DNA of 64,000 bases from Paraphysomonas bandaiensis (lineage: Eukaryota > Protista > Chrysophyceae), in the NCBI GenBank assembly GCA_965644295.1, contig CBFFRP010000380.1:1-64000 (forward strand), given 5' to 3'. This document shows positions 13,107 through 25,897 of the stretch, piece by piece; positions within the stretch are counted from its first letter, which is position 1; the number at the start of each line of letters is the position of its first letter. The notes beneath the pieces are model-generated. The model did not search any database, had not been told where the DNA came from, and worked only from the letters and a program-made list of their open reading frames with translations. Made by a program: the position numbers and the translations under genes.

Positions 13107-14393
13107 ATGGAGGGCGACTGTGTTAATATCTCTACGGATAGCCGTGATGCATCCGACTGCGACGATTGCGAGAGGAAGCTGTGTTACATCGTCAGGATTA
13201 AATCGAAGCTTCCAATTCCAAATGCAGACAATATCGTATTGGCTGAGATTAACGGTATCAGCTGGCAGTGTATTATCAAGAAAGATGAATTCCAAGAAGG
13301 TGATCTGGCCATATACTACGCCATTGACAGTGTGCCAGACTTCTCGGATCCGAACACTGCATTAGTAAAATCCAGAGGCAACAGAATCAAGACCATCAAA
13401 TTGAGGTATGATGCGTTATTTCGACTTATCTTCAATTCTGATGGTAGAATGTAATATAGAGGGGTGATTTCGCAGGGACTACTTGCTCCCCTATCTTGGC
13501 TCGCAGATAGGGGTCACTCCATAGACTCTCTCTCCGAGGGTGAAGACGTCACTGACCGAATGGGGGTTACCAAGTATATACATGAGGAAGAAGAAGCCCA
13601 ATATGATCCTTACTTTAACCCTGATCAGCTTTCCTCCAGCCTTGGAATGCGAACACCATTCCCTGCAGGTCTTCATTGTGAACCTACATATGATGCATGT
13701 ATAATCCATTGTTCTCTCACTCATGCATAGGGGTGCCCAAGACAAATGAAAATCGCTTACAAGAAAACCCTCGCGTGCTCGAATATATAGAAGGGAGGAA
13801 TATTGTCATCACTCGCAAGGAAGACGGGTGCTCTGCTACGTACGTACTTCGTAACGACGAGTTCAGCATATGTGGTCGAAACTTTACATTGCTGAATTTG
13901 ACCGCACAATCCCAGCACTACTTTGAGATTGAGGATAGATATAATATTCAGTCAGGAATGAAAAAATTAGGACGAGAGCTGGCTATTCAAGGAGAGATTG
14001 TAGGGCCTAAAATTAATGGCAATAGGATGAAGTTGTCCGGGAATGATTTCAGGGTATTTAACATTAAGGACCTCGTGACGGAGTGCTATCTTTCCTGGGA
14101 GGAGGTCGAAAGTGTGTGCGCATCTTTGGGTCTACATACGGTTCCCGTCATATACAAAGGTACAAACTTATTTGTGTACATGTATTGCAATATAGCGTGG
14201 TAAATATGCGATGTACGCAGGTATTTCTTCAAACCTGGATCTTACCGTTGAGGGTATGTTGCGCGTAGCCGACGAGCAGCGCTATGCAAAGAACTTAATC
14301 GCTGAAGGAATAGTAGTTAAGACCAATGATGGTGGGAGAAGATGCAGCTTTAAGGTCATATCCAACAAATACCTCCTGAAGTATGATAGATAA
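13107..14393 (+). CDS. ATP-dependent RNA ligase, Rnl2-like DRB0094 family; 4 exons
   Basis: N-terminal PIPNADNI...WQCIIKKDEFQEGDLAIYYAIDS and KLRGVISQGL, followed by nucleotidyltransferase motifs TRKEDG, QGEIVG, FRVFNI, EGIVVK and FKVISNKYLLK. Introns 13406-13459, 13669-13730 and 14160-14220 restore the frame. Confidence 0.88.
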
Positions 14394-14814
14394 CGGTCTA
14401 TTCACTATTCACTGAGTCAATGTGATGTTACGTATTTAATACACTTATGTGCTCTATGCAATGTGATATAGAAGCACAACTATATTGCTTTTTGGAGTAT
14501 CTTAGCAATGATAAGCCATAAATATTTTCTATTTGAGTTTCAGTTGCTGGGCAGCAATGCTATAACCTGTAAGTAAGCATACACGTAGAACAGTAGCAGA
14601 TGTCTGTGTTGGAATACGTATGGTTCTCTAAGATAGTACTGTAGAATACGTTAAATACAATGTGAGAAAACAGTAATACGTAGTCAAAGATACACTATAT
14701 AGCTATAACTGTGAAACTGAAGTATTGTATCATGACGAATCAAGACACTGCAGTTGAGCAGTGGTTGACACGAACGAAATATTTTCGTGTTGTTCACATG
14801 TTTTATATGACAAC

Positions 14815-15027
14815 GGGAAATATTATTCAACCTAGTCAAATTGGTTGAATTACCTAGTCACGCTATTTTTGGTGGAATAACCTAGTCAAAGTAATAAATG
14901 ACTCAACCTAGTCAACTTTGGTATTCAACCTAGTCGTTCTTGTATCCATTGATTACACACTGTGACTGTCTAAGATACCATCTCACACCACACAATATAT
15001 TAGTGACTAGGTTCAATAATAGATCCC
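14815..15027. mobile_element. 213-bp Mutator-like MITE
   Basis: Imperfect TIRs GGGAAATATTATTCAACCTAGTCA / TGACTAGGTTCAATAATAGATCCC; perfect 10-bp TSD ATATGACAAC (14805-14814, 15028-15037); subterminal CCTAGTCA repeats. Confidence 0.85.
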
Positions 15028-15473
15028 ATATGACAACACACTCCATTGTGTATGAAATTTAAGAAAGAGTCTATCTAGTTTAATGATTTTATCCAATAAA
15101 CTTCTCTTAACGATTTTAAATGTAAAAATGACAAATAGTCAATAGGCCGAAGGGGAACAAGTAAAGTTCATTTACGATATATTTAACCAACACTTGTCGT
15201 TATGTCGATGCAGCTGACAACTCCTGACACACCGGCACCATGCTATCAAATACCATATTGAACTTTGTGAAGAGGCAGTAGGGAAAATAAAGTACTCAAA
15301 TATTAAAGAAATACATTGCCCTGCTCTAGTGCTTGAATTGATCACTACGTAGGCATGTTAGCAGAGGAAATGTTGATTCTAAACTCACATATCACAAACG
15401 TGTTTCTGATTAGTTTCAAATGAAAACCATTAAATACGTAAATAAGTAACCATAAAATGCTAATTTACACACA

Positions 15474-18400
15474 TCACAAATCAGCTCTAACCGCACTTTT
15501 AAACCTTCCTGACAATGAAAATCTAGACATAACTTTCCCTGGAGACTTGGAATTTTTCCTGTCATTTCCATGAATTGGAGACTTCGGAACTCTGGTCGTC
15601 ACTGCAGCACTGCTTTCATATCTTCTATTCCCTGGTGAGCTGATTACGCTGGCTATATTATGAGGAGGTGGTGGCAAAGAGTTATTGTGGCTATCGACCC
15701 CGTAGGTAGGTCTCTTTAAATAGGAATTTTCCGGCCTCCTCGCAGTGCTAGATTCGTCCTTATGTCTTGGTTGACGCAAGAGCGCGGGTGAAGTCCCTCG
15801 TACAGGAGTAAAGTTAGCTAATTTACGGCTCGCCTCGAGCATTTGGGCTGCGGGGTCTTCTGTGCTCTTTGATGATGGTCTCGTCGAGTGTTCAGCTAAG
15901 TTAGCGTGCTGCGGCCGATTACCAGACCGATTGTTGGGCGACGGAACATAAGAAGTGTTTTTCGCACCCGTGCGACGATCCATTGTGCTTCTAGAAGTGT
16001 GGGATGGGGACAGCCTGGATGTATAGCCAGCGGAACTCACACGACTCGTTCTCCCACTTTCAACTTTCCCTATACTCCCTCGAATGGGATGCACATCATC
16101 GATGCGGTGTTGATTCTCCCCAGGAGGCACCGAGTCATTTACAGAATGCCTCGTTCCACCACTGCCTCTGATAGGTGTAATGTTGCCAAAGGTCGGCTGA
16201 TGGACGCTCGAGCCAGTATCGTAGTCCGGGCGATAAGGGGTATCTTTATTATCCGCAGCGTCCAACTCAATTACCTAAAATATACCAGATGAGCCATGTT
16301 GAGGAATACATCACACGTATCAAACTCATGGTACGAAGAACATCAAATAACGTAAAACATTCACTTGCAATACCTTCGTAAAATCTTCTATAGCTTTGTC
16401 AAACTGACCCAGTTTATCAAGAGAAATCCCTCTATTATGATACGCATGTGAATTAGAAGGGTCTAACCCTATAACAGCAGTGTAGTCCTCGACGGCATCC
16501 GCATAACGCCCTAGCTTTGCAAGACAGTACGCCCTATTGTTATAGCCCCGTACAGAGGATGGTTGCACACTAATCGCTTGTGAATAATCCGCAATCGCCT
16601 TTGAGAAGTCATCTAATTTTCTCCAACAGTACCCTCGGTGGTTTAGCGCAGAGACAAGGAGAGTGGAGAGTTCTTCGCTGAGAGCTGTGTCCCCACCCCC
16701 TCCCTCCTTTCGAATAAACTCAATAGCTAACGTGAAGTCTTGAGCTGCCTCGTCATATGACTCAGCTGACTTGTAATAGAGTGCTCTAGTGTTATACAGA
16801 CTTGATAAAGGAAGCGACACGGCTGTGTCTGGCAGATTCTGCATATCTCGTTCTTGTGCAAGGTCGATTGCAAGTGTGGCATCTCTGATCGCACTGCCCA
16901 CATCACCCATGTCTTCGTACACCTTGGCCCGGGCGTGGATCACTCCTATAGCATCCTCACGACGCGACCCTGAGCTTTGATCTCTTGCCATGCTTTTACC
17001 ATCAGGATAGAGTACGTCAAGTACTGCAGAGAAGGCGCGCACTGCTTGATGAAGGTTTCTATGCCCTCCGGTATTGTGAAGTACGTGTGCTTTACACGTT
17101 AGGCAAGGAATGTGGTGAGGATGGGCGGCAAGAACAGCGTCGTAGTCCTCGAGTGCGTCCTGATTACGACCTATTTTCTCATAGCACAAACCACGACTGT
17201 GCCTTGCCTTCACATGGGTAGGGTCGATCTCCAGACACGTTGTATAGGCCTGTATCGCTTCTTCTATGTTACCCATCTTCCGTAAGCACAACGCGAGGTT
17301 ATGCATAAAGTCCATATTTCGTGGTTGCAAAGCTATTGCATGCCGGAAATCTTTACATGCTTCCTCGTAGTACCCTTGCCGGTCGTGAGAGATGCCCCGG
17401 TTGTAATAAGCAAATGGATTTTCTGGTTCAACCGCCAATGCTCGGGTGTAATCCTCAACTGCATCATTATACCTCCCAACCTTATCATATGCAAACGCTC
17501 GGTTAAATAGTGCCTTGAAGTGCCTTGGGTCTATTTGTATGGCGCGAGAATATTCCACTATAGCGCGGGCAAAATCTCCTTTTTTGCGGTGCTCATAACC
17601 AGCTCTGTGATGCTCCTCCGCGTCAGCACCTGCCGGTGGACGAGGCGAGTTATTGACAGTACGAGATGGGTGTGTATTCGATCCAGCAGAAGATGTACTG
17701 GAGTTTTGCCTACTATGGGATGCATAGTCTGACCGCTGAGGCAGCAGCATGCTCGTGTCAGTCTCCTTCTCTTGCCCTTATCAAACACGAACAATCAAGC
17801 TATGAGGCCATAATCCGAAAGAAATCAAACAGCTACCTGTAGAATCTTTGGTGTGAGAGGTTCTTATCGGCGACATCCCTCCGTTTACATCCGGCCTTGA
17901 AGTAGATCCCATCTTGAACTCATGAGTTGGACTTCCACCCTCTGTCGAGGGAGACATGCCAGTCGCTCTTTCACTGGCACCGCCACTCGACAGCCAACGT
18001 TTCTCGGGGCTCTTTTCGCGATAAGAACTCTGGCTCTGGTCCTTTAGAAGTGCCACATTATAATCCTCAATAGCTGCAGAAAATTGACCTAAAAGTAGCT
18101 TTTTTAACGTCTGAATCATGCCGCGTATGAAACAGACGTTACCTATTGTATTGTAGCAAGCAGCACGTGCAAACAGAGCGTTCACATGATCTGGATTGCG
18201 CGAAAGCACCGTGGTAAAGTCATCAATGGCTCGATCTTGATGGCCCAGTTTCGTGTATGCCATACCTAGATTTGAGTTAGTTGCAAATCAGTTAAAGTTA
18301 GGGTAAATATGACGACCTCTACTATAGTACATGTCTACAGACCCCTGTGGATCAATATTCAACAGCATTGTAAAGTCATTTGCAGCATCCTGGTACTGCT

Positions 18401-18655
18401 GCATTTTTAAAAGAGTGCTTCCCCTAAGAAGAAGTGCCTTCTTGTTGTGTGGATCATTCTACCAAGCAAATTTATTCAGTTCTAAAGTCCACATCAATGA
18501 ATGTATACCTGTAATGACTTTGTACACGTTGCGACAATTTTATCTAAATCGGCATTCTTTTTAAAGTAATATGTTCGATTCGGATGAGACCCAGCTTCTT
18601 CATCAACTCCAAGAAAATCTTTTCGTTTCAATAATAATCCTTTTCTAACATCCAT
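15474..18655 (-). CDS. Multi-TPR protein with Ser/Pro/Arg-rich C-terminal tail; multi-exon
   Basis: Many TPR units (ALFNRAFAYDKVGRYNDAVEDY, AYYNRGISHD, AYHNRGISLDKLGQFDKAIEDF) across ORFs 17781-18263, 16326-17750 and 15474-16265. Probable start MDVRKGLLLKRKDFL at 18655. Confidence 0.85.
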
Positions 18656-19998
18656 TGCAAGTATATATGAACAACTGATCTATCGAATCAATAAGTTAGA
18701 CACAATAGCCGACAGTGACACACATTGGACGTATATGTAGTCCTCTGTTTCCAGATTCCCACTAGTTTGAGTAGGAAACTTCAATATAGTGGATGAAAAC
18801 TCTAATGTTGTTGTTGTTCGCTATAGTTTCCAGTGGATCTGATCTCAGATATACACTATATATGCTGGATAGGGCAAGGGCCTATGAATAAAATACATAC
18901 ACCACTATGTACATGTACATACTAACCTTCTCATTGTATACGTAGAATTGGTATAGTGGAGTAGTGTATTTGCACTTCTGTAGTCTATTATTTCCAACGT
19001 ACAGTTTCTGAACAGCAATTTGCCCTTAAAAACATCATAAAATACTGCTGATTTCCTAAAATCCGGCTATTTCTAGATTTCTAATAATTATCAATCAATA
19101 TCCTCATATACAATGAACTGTTGGGCACTTTAATATGAACAGCTATTGAATATATATCGCGAATCATGTTATACACTTCCCAAACATTGCAGGTTCTGCA
19201 GATTGAAAGCTAGTCTGCAAAAAATGAATATGCAGAACCTGCAAAGGAAGAAATGACCTCATCCAACACAACTACATCTCTGGTGATGTGATCGTAACCA
19301 CTTTCTTACACCAATACAAAAGATTAATAACAACGTGTAAGCATATCGACCAGAGTGCTACGTTAGCATCAGTATTCGTACAAAATGAAATATATATAAT
19401 ATACTATGCAGCAATCCATGGAACCGATCTGGATTACACCTATGTGTTAAGGCAACAGAGAGGGAAACGAAACCTACTCGTCAAGATAAATGGCGATTAG
19501 TGACTGGTTATCAGTCATCTGTACTCTCTACCTATATATACTACATAACCCAGTGTGACTTATATGTGCCGATGTGGACAATCGTATTGTTGAAAACATG
19601 GAGTGCACAGTTATACACTAGAGCTATTGCTAAGTATCATAGAGTATCTTTATAAGCCAACACAAAATTTGTTATTTCTCCAACTACTGATGACCATGCA
19701 ATAATTAAAGGTCATTGTTGTTGTAAGGGAGCACTTTGCTGGCGCAACTACCTTTTCCTGCACTGTTTGTCAAAGTGTCGAAACTGTAAAAAATTCAAAT
19801 ATCCGTCAATAGATCTACAGTAAAGGGATTGATTATATCATTCACAATAAACATGATTACAACGTAATAATTGACATAAAAGCAAAGTCAACAACATAGA
19901 GTTTTGACTACTTCCTATCTCCAGTTATAAAACCTAACTGTGGTAAATATTAAATATCAACACGGTGTGTATCGAAAAGTTAATACACAGAATAAAGT

Positions 19999-20153
19999 TT
20001 AATCGTGTAAAACATCCGAAACTAGGGGTTCTTTAAGAGAAATATCAGGCTCAACAATAGAGTTTCCTTTGGAGTGGTCTTTAACCATCCCATAGCTGCG
20101 GGGCGGTACCATTCCCCTAACCGTAGCAGGTATCCATATCATATGCAACACTA
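19999..20153 (-). pseudogene. Detached 3' end of the membrane-protein gene interrupted by the copia element
   Basis: Removing the element and one CTATC copy gives the in-frame ...LAFVPIVVLHMIWIPATVRGMVPPRSYGMVKDHSKGNSIVEPDISLKEPLVSDVLHD* (stop 19999-20001). Confidence 0.85.
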
Positions 20154-20158
20154 CTATC

Positions 20159-20423
20159 TATTAGGATTCAGCTTAATATATGATTGTATCTGTGAGTTAT
20201 AATGTTCAATGAAATACACCATGAACTGAATTAGAGAGAGTATCTGTCGAAGATACGTGATCGTCATCATAACGTCGTCATTATCAGTTACACTTCTAAC
20301 TATTCCGTTGTGCATGATAGTACGTTCTATATTGTTATTCATAATTTTCACTCTATCGTGTTCATTACTTACACTCTAATAATCACAACATTGTTTTACT
20401 ATTATAAAGATCAATTCTTTATT
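20159..20423 (+). repeat. 5' LTR
   Basis: Identical by eye to 25633-25897; starts TATTAGG, ends CTTTATT. Confidence 0.95.
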
Positions 20424-20433
20424 TGGTAGCGAG
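20424..20433 (+). promoter_or_regulatory. Primer-binding site, probably for initiator tRNA-Met
   Basis: TGG-T-A-GCGAG directly after the LTR. It is complementary to CCA, discriminator A73 and U72, the iMet signature; the tRNA identity is inferred. Confidence 0.65.
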
Positions 20434-23400
20434 ATGTCAGTTCAAGTTACAAGTTACGACTCAACCGACTCGGATTCGACAACCGACAAGCGAAAGGACT
20501 CAATGCCAAAATTCGATGCGAAGAACTTCTCCAGGTGGCAGAAGAAGTGCCGTGCATGGTTCTATCGCAAGCCTAAGATCGTTTATACTCTACAGAACGA
20601 TCATCCAATTGAGCCTGAAGCAGGAGAAAACTCAGATGACGAGGACTACCAGTATCGACTCGAACAGTATCAGGATGCGAAACGATATTATGATGAAGGT
20701 AATAACTACCTATGGTCAGTCATTGCAAGCTCTATCATTGGTCAGAATGAAGAGGCTGAAGGGATTTTGGAGAACGTCCCCGATGGAGACGGTAAAACCG
20801 CCTGGACGGACTTGCTCAACCACTTCAAAGAAAAAAACGACTAACGATGTAATCACCGATCTGATTGGCCAGTTTCAGAGCATAAAAATCAAAAAAGGTC
20901 AGTCGATAATCAACTTTCTTGACGCTGTCGAAAAGCTCCGAAACAAGCTGATTAATTATGGTCATCGGATAAGTGACCAAGATCTCATATCACGCATTCG
21001 ACAAGGCCTGGTATCCAAAGAAAATATGACGTATCGTGAACTGGCGATCAACCTGCAGATGCACCCTATCGATGACTACAAAACACTCATACGCAGACTA
21101 CGCGGATTAGGAAGCTCGTCTGTTGGAATGCTCTTGTCAAGCAACGAAGAAACAAAAACCGACAGTATTCAGCTTGCAGCCTCAAAACCCCCGTTTTCCC
21201 GAAATAAAGTGAATTCTAAACGCAAAAAGGGGACATCTTTCAGAAACCGTTCCAATAAACCGAAACATGACAAGAGAGCTGACAAGGACATTAAGTGTTT
21301 CCGATGCGATGGAAAAGGACACATCGCTTCAGAATGCAAACACTCATGGGAAAGGATCCAACAAATGAAGAGTTCCTCTGGAAACAAATCAACCAGTAGG
21401 AAATTCAAAAAAGTTAGATTCCAGACCCACCAGAGCACTGAAAACGACGACTCCGACCAGTTTGCAGATTATGAAGACAGTGGTCCATTACAACAGAAAG
21501 GACGAGACTTCGGAGGAGTCGGATATCCAACAAACGACGAAACAAACTTCGTTTTTGATCAAGAAGCCGGAATGGGAACCCTTGATTCTGGCTGCACAGT
21601 CTCCATTACACCTGAAGCCGGATACATCACCAATTATGAGGAATGCCTCACCGACATTCAAACAGCTAAGTCAGGATCGACTATGACCTCTTCAGGACAT
21701 GGAAGACTTGGTATTATCCCCAAGTGCAAGCACGTGGACCATGCTTCAAGGACACTCGTGTCCATCAGCCAATTAGATGACCTAGGGTATAAAATCTTGT
21801 TCGGAAACCAATCAGTTGAGATATATAAAGATGAAATACTGCTATCAAAGGGTAAGAGAGTTGGAGGCCTATATGAAATTCCGTTAACAGACCTCGGTAC
21901 TCCTATTGACGTATCCCACCTTGCTTCAACTGCTTCAGGCCCACTCGCAACTCTAGCACATAAGAGATTGGCACATTCTTCAATTGGACTCATACAGAAA
22001 GCTGTACAGTCAAAATTAGTAACGGGTATTAAGTTAACGAAGTCGGAGATGAATGCTACTTCTTTACCGGGTGGCCTATGTGATGGTTGTGCTAGTGGTA
22101 AATCTCATCGCCGAAAACATAGACACGCTATCAGACAAATGCTGCTCAAGCGTGTAAGAAGAGCAAATGAGCTGGGGGAGCTAGTAGTAGCCGATTTTTC
22201 TGGACCCCATGCACCAGAGGCAATCATTACTGGCAACCGTTACATACTCGGGATGACAGATGTAGCTTCCAGACACCAATGGGACTCCTACGGACCAACG
22301 AGAGATGAAGATTTCGTCATCCAATCCATCCAGAAAGTTGTCATGTATCTACATAGTAAAGGCAAACGACTACAACATTATCATGCGGATGGGGGGAAGG
22401 AGCTGGTATCAAGAAAAGTTCTAGAGTATCTTCAATCAATAGGGGCTACATGGACTTTCAACTCCCCGTATACCCCCGAGGATAACCCATTCCAAGAGCG
22501 ATCATGGCGGACAACTAAAGAACGAGCACTCAGCAGCCTTATCGACTCTGGACTCCCACCGAATTTCTGGGAACAAGCCTCAAGGGCGACAATACACATC
22601 AAGAACAGGTTACCGTGTCAAACAGCTAAAGGATTTATGTCCCCACTCCAATTCATCGAAAACGAAATACCAGACTTGAGTTATGCCAGAATATGGGGAT
22701 GTAAATGCTTTGTGAATATCGATTCCAGTCTCCGAAAGAACAACTGGGACAGACATAGCTGGCCTGGGTATTTTATGGGCTATCGAGAGGATGGTCCTGG
22801 ATATATAGTCTTTGTTCCCGCATTAAGAGATTTTGTTATATCAGGACATGTATTTTTCAACGAATGTGTTCCACCAGCGGATAAGAGATATTTTAAGGAG
22901 ATAAATGAGATCTTCAGGGAGAATGAGACCACCAGGACAGTAGAAAGTTTCAAATATCTCATAGGTCTAGCTCATGTAGATCCAGACGATGGATTAACAT
23001 ATGTAACGACTCAAATAAAGCTCAGAAAAGGATTAATCGCAGCGTATCGTGGTCTAGTGGACGACAGCGGTGACAAGACACGACTCATCCAGCTCGAAGA
23101 CCCCATTCATGCTGCAGACGTCGAAAGATATACTGAAGACTACATTGAACTCAAAGCAGTTGGTCTCAAATGTAATACTTCTCGATCGAAAAATCCAATA
23201 CATAAATCCAGCAAATCAGATCGAGACCCCGATACGGTTAATGGATCTCCAGCGCCAGGCGCTACTTCCAGGGGGAGTGGCGTGAATCTAAGACATCATG
23301 ATGCCGCGCAGGAGAGAATCAGCAGCCATCGGTGTGAACCTACCCACTCCGATGCAAAGATAGCGAAGACTCGCCCTCCGAAAAAATTCAATGGGAATCT

Positions 23401-25429
23401 AGTGCCGAATCCGGCACCACACGGTCAAGTGGATCGTGTGCGTCAGCGTGTGGCCAAACGCTGCAACAAGCCTGCTGATTCATCGGGAGATTGGAAAAAT
23501 CAGGGTACACCTGAAGGGCCAAGTAAGGTCCGTGCTACAGCAAAACAACAATTTTTAGCTGGTAGAAAGAGTGTTCTCCGAAGCAGGAGAATGGCCAGGA
23601 AACGGGTAATTGTAAATATACACAAACTAGGTGATGGTGTATATACATGTGATGTAAATGCTAAACATGTAGTAAATCATATGGCACATGACACACAATG
23701 TATATCAAAATTACATACAAACAATATTGATATTGTTATGCATGCTATCAGTAATTGCGATGACATTGACGAGCTAACCGATACACCAAAGAGTGTTCAA
23801 GATGCTATTTCAGGTAAATATAAACAGCAGTGGATCGATGCTATCAATAGAGAAATATCCACTCTTCAGAGGAAAGGGTGCTGGAGATACACTGCGTTAC
23901 CACCTGGAGCAAGAGCCATAAAGGGGAAACTCATATTCAAAATAAAAAGAAAACAGAATGATATCAAATTCAAGGCTCGACTAGTCGCACAGGGTTTTAC
24001 TCAAATCCAAGGCATCGATTACAATGATACATACAGCCCCGTCGCGAAGGCTACATCACTACGTACAATTATTGCCCTTTCGACTATTATGAAACTCAAA
24101 TTGCACCAAATCGATTTCACAACTGCGTACATCAATGCTGACCTCGAAGAGGACATATACATGCATCCCCCTCCTGGCATGGACGTCCCTGACGGAAAAG
24201 TCCTCAAACTGATGAAAAGCATCTATGGTCTAAAGCAAGCAGGTCTTAACTGGTATAAGTGCTGTACAAATTTTATGCTAGATATGGGTTTCACCAGACT
24301 AATATCTGACCCGTGTATATTCAAAAAGCAGATTAATGGCAGGATTATGCTAATAGCCATGTATGTGGACGATATTATTATAGCATCTACATCCGACACT
24401 GATATCCAACAATTCAAAGACCATTTATCCAAAAAGTTCGAAATTACGGATCTCGGACTCCTAGATTATTACTTGGGCATCTCCATTCATCAAGATTTTG
24501 ACAAAAATATCACAACTCTCAGTCAGGAGCAATATGTCAGAAAACTACTGGACAAATTCAACATGTCCGACAGTAAACCCATGTCAACACCTATGTTACT
24601 GTCTTTCAACTATGATTTACATGAATACAATCATCTTTCAGAGTCAAATCAAAGTTATGTTCAGAATTTCCCCTACAAGGAGCTCATAGGTTCCCTGATG
24701 TATCTAGCTGTATGCACTCGACCGGATATCGCCTATGCAGTCAATACTCTTGCCAGATTTTCTGATATGCCTAATCTAACTACCTGTAATGCTGCGTTAC
24801 ATGTTCTTAGGTATCTCAAAGGCACTGCTAAGCAAGGATTGATATATTCTGGATCCCACATAACATTATCAGGATACTGCGATAGCGATTGGGCACGGTG
24901 TCACCTCACTCGACGGTCCACTACAGCTTTTACATTCTTCATAGGTAATTGTCTTATATCATGGCAATCTCGATTACAGACAACTGTGGCATTGTCATCT
25001 ACTGAAGCTGAGTATATGGCCTTATCGTCAGCAGCTCAGGAAGCATTATGGCTACGCTCTTTATTATCAGAAATTGGTTTCAAACTTCCATTCTCAACAA
25101 CTATTTGGTGCGATAATAAAGGGGCAGTCCAATTATGCTACAATCCTACTCATCATCGTCGTACGAAACATATTGCGATACGGTATCATTTCATTCGAGA
25201 AAATATTGCCGAAAACCAATTGACTGTTGACCATATTCCCACCACGTCAATGTTAGCCGATCTTCTCACGAAACCACTAGGCGCAACTAATTTTCTTCAA
25301 TTGCGAACTACATTGATGGGGGGAGCTGGGTTCGACATCCCATCCAGCAACAACAGAAAGCGATCAACAATATCAGAGACCCCTAAATCACAATTAACAA
25401 GCCACAAGCGACCTAGGTGGCTAGTTTGA
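20434..25429 (+). CDS. Copia Gag-Pol polyprotein with one frame break at the A7 run (20831-20837)
   Basis: Gag N-terminus at 20434-20844. In the long frame: zinc knuckle CFRCDGKGHIASEC, protease LDSGCT, HKRLAH..CDGC, integrase ADFSGP/HADGGKE/FQERSWR, RT YVDD, RNase H CDSDW/EAEY/CDN/ADLLTK. Confidence 0.93.
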
Positions 25430-25632
25430 GTTACACGGAGTTTTTACCATTTTTTTTTACTTTTATTCAATACATCATGATGCTGGACTAGAAGGATGGT
25501 CTCACAATACAGCATCTCTGCAGTTCGCTTGTTATTGGATAGTGACTGCTACTCTGGTTTTTACTCTCAGTGTGCACAAGTTCATATTCTCTCTATTATC
25601 TACGGTTCACTGATTATTTCATTGAGGGGGCG

Positions 25633-25897
25633 TATTAGGATTCAGCTTAATATATGATTGTATCTGTGAGTTATAATGTTCAATGAAATACACCATGAAC
25701 TGAATTAGAGAGAGTATCTGTCGAAGATACGTGATCGTCATCATAACGTCGTCATTATCAGTTACACTTCTAACTATTCCGTTGTGCATGATAGTACGTT
25801 CTATATTGTTATTCATAATTTTCACTCTATCGTGTTCATTACTTACACTCTAATAATCACAACATTGTTTTACTATTATAAAGATCAATTCTTTATT
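25633..25897 (+). repeat. 3' LTR
   Basis: Follows the PPT; identical to the 5' LTR; followed by TSD CTATC. Confidence 0.95.

Larger units (their letters stand above)
20159..25897 (+). mobile_element. Full-length Ty1/copia LTR retrotransposon
   Basis: Two identical 265-bp LTRs; 5-bp TSD CTATC (20154-20158, 25898-25902); PBS TGGTAGCGAG at 20424; PPT GAGGGGGCG at 25624-25632; domain order gag-PR-IN-RT-RH. Confidence 0.97.

Noticed and set aside
10375-14393. DCP1 and RNA ligase as a functional RNA-processing cluster
   Set aside because: Adjacency in a eukaryotic genome without shared regulatory evidence; synteny across species would be needed.
20154-20351. 65/68-aa minus-strand ORFs duplicated at 20154 and 25619
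   Set aside because: Chance ORF within the identical LTRs.
20423-20830. N-terminus of the 1668-aa ORF (MVARCQF...)
   Set aside because: It begins at a TTG overlapping the LTR/PBS junction; the Gag-like sequence is in the 20434 frame up to the A7 run.
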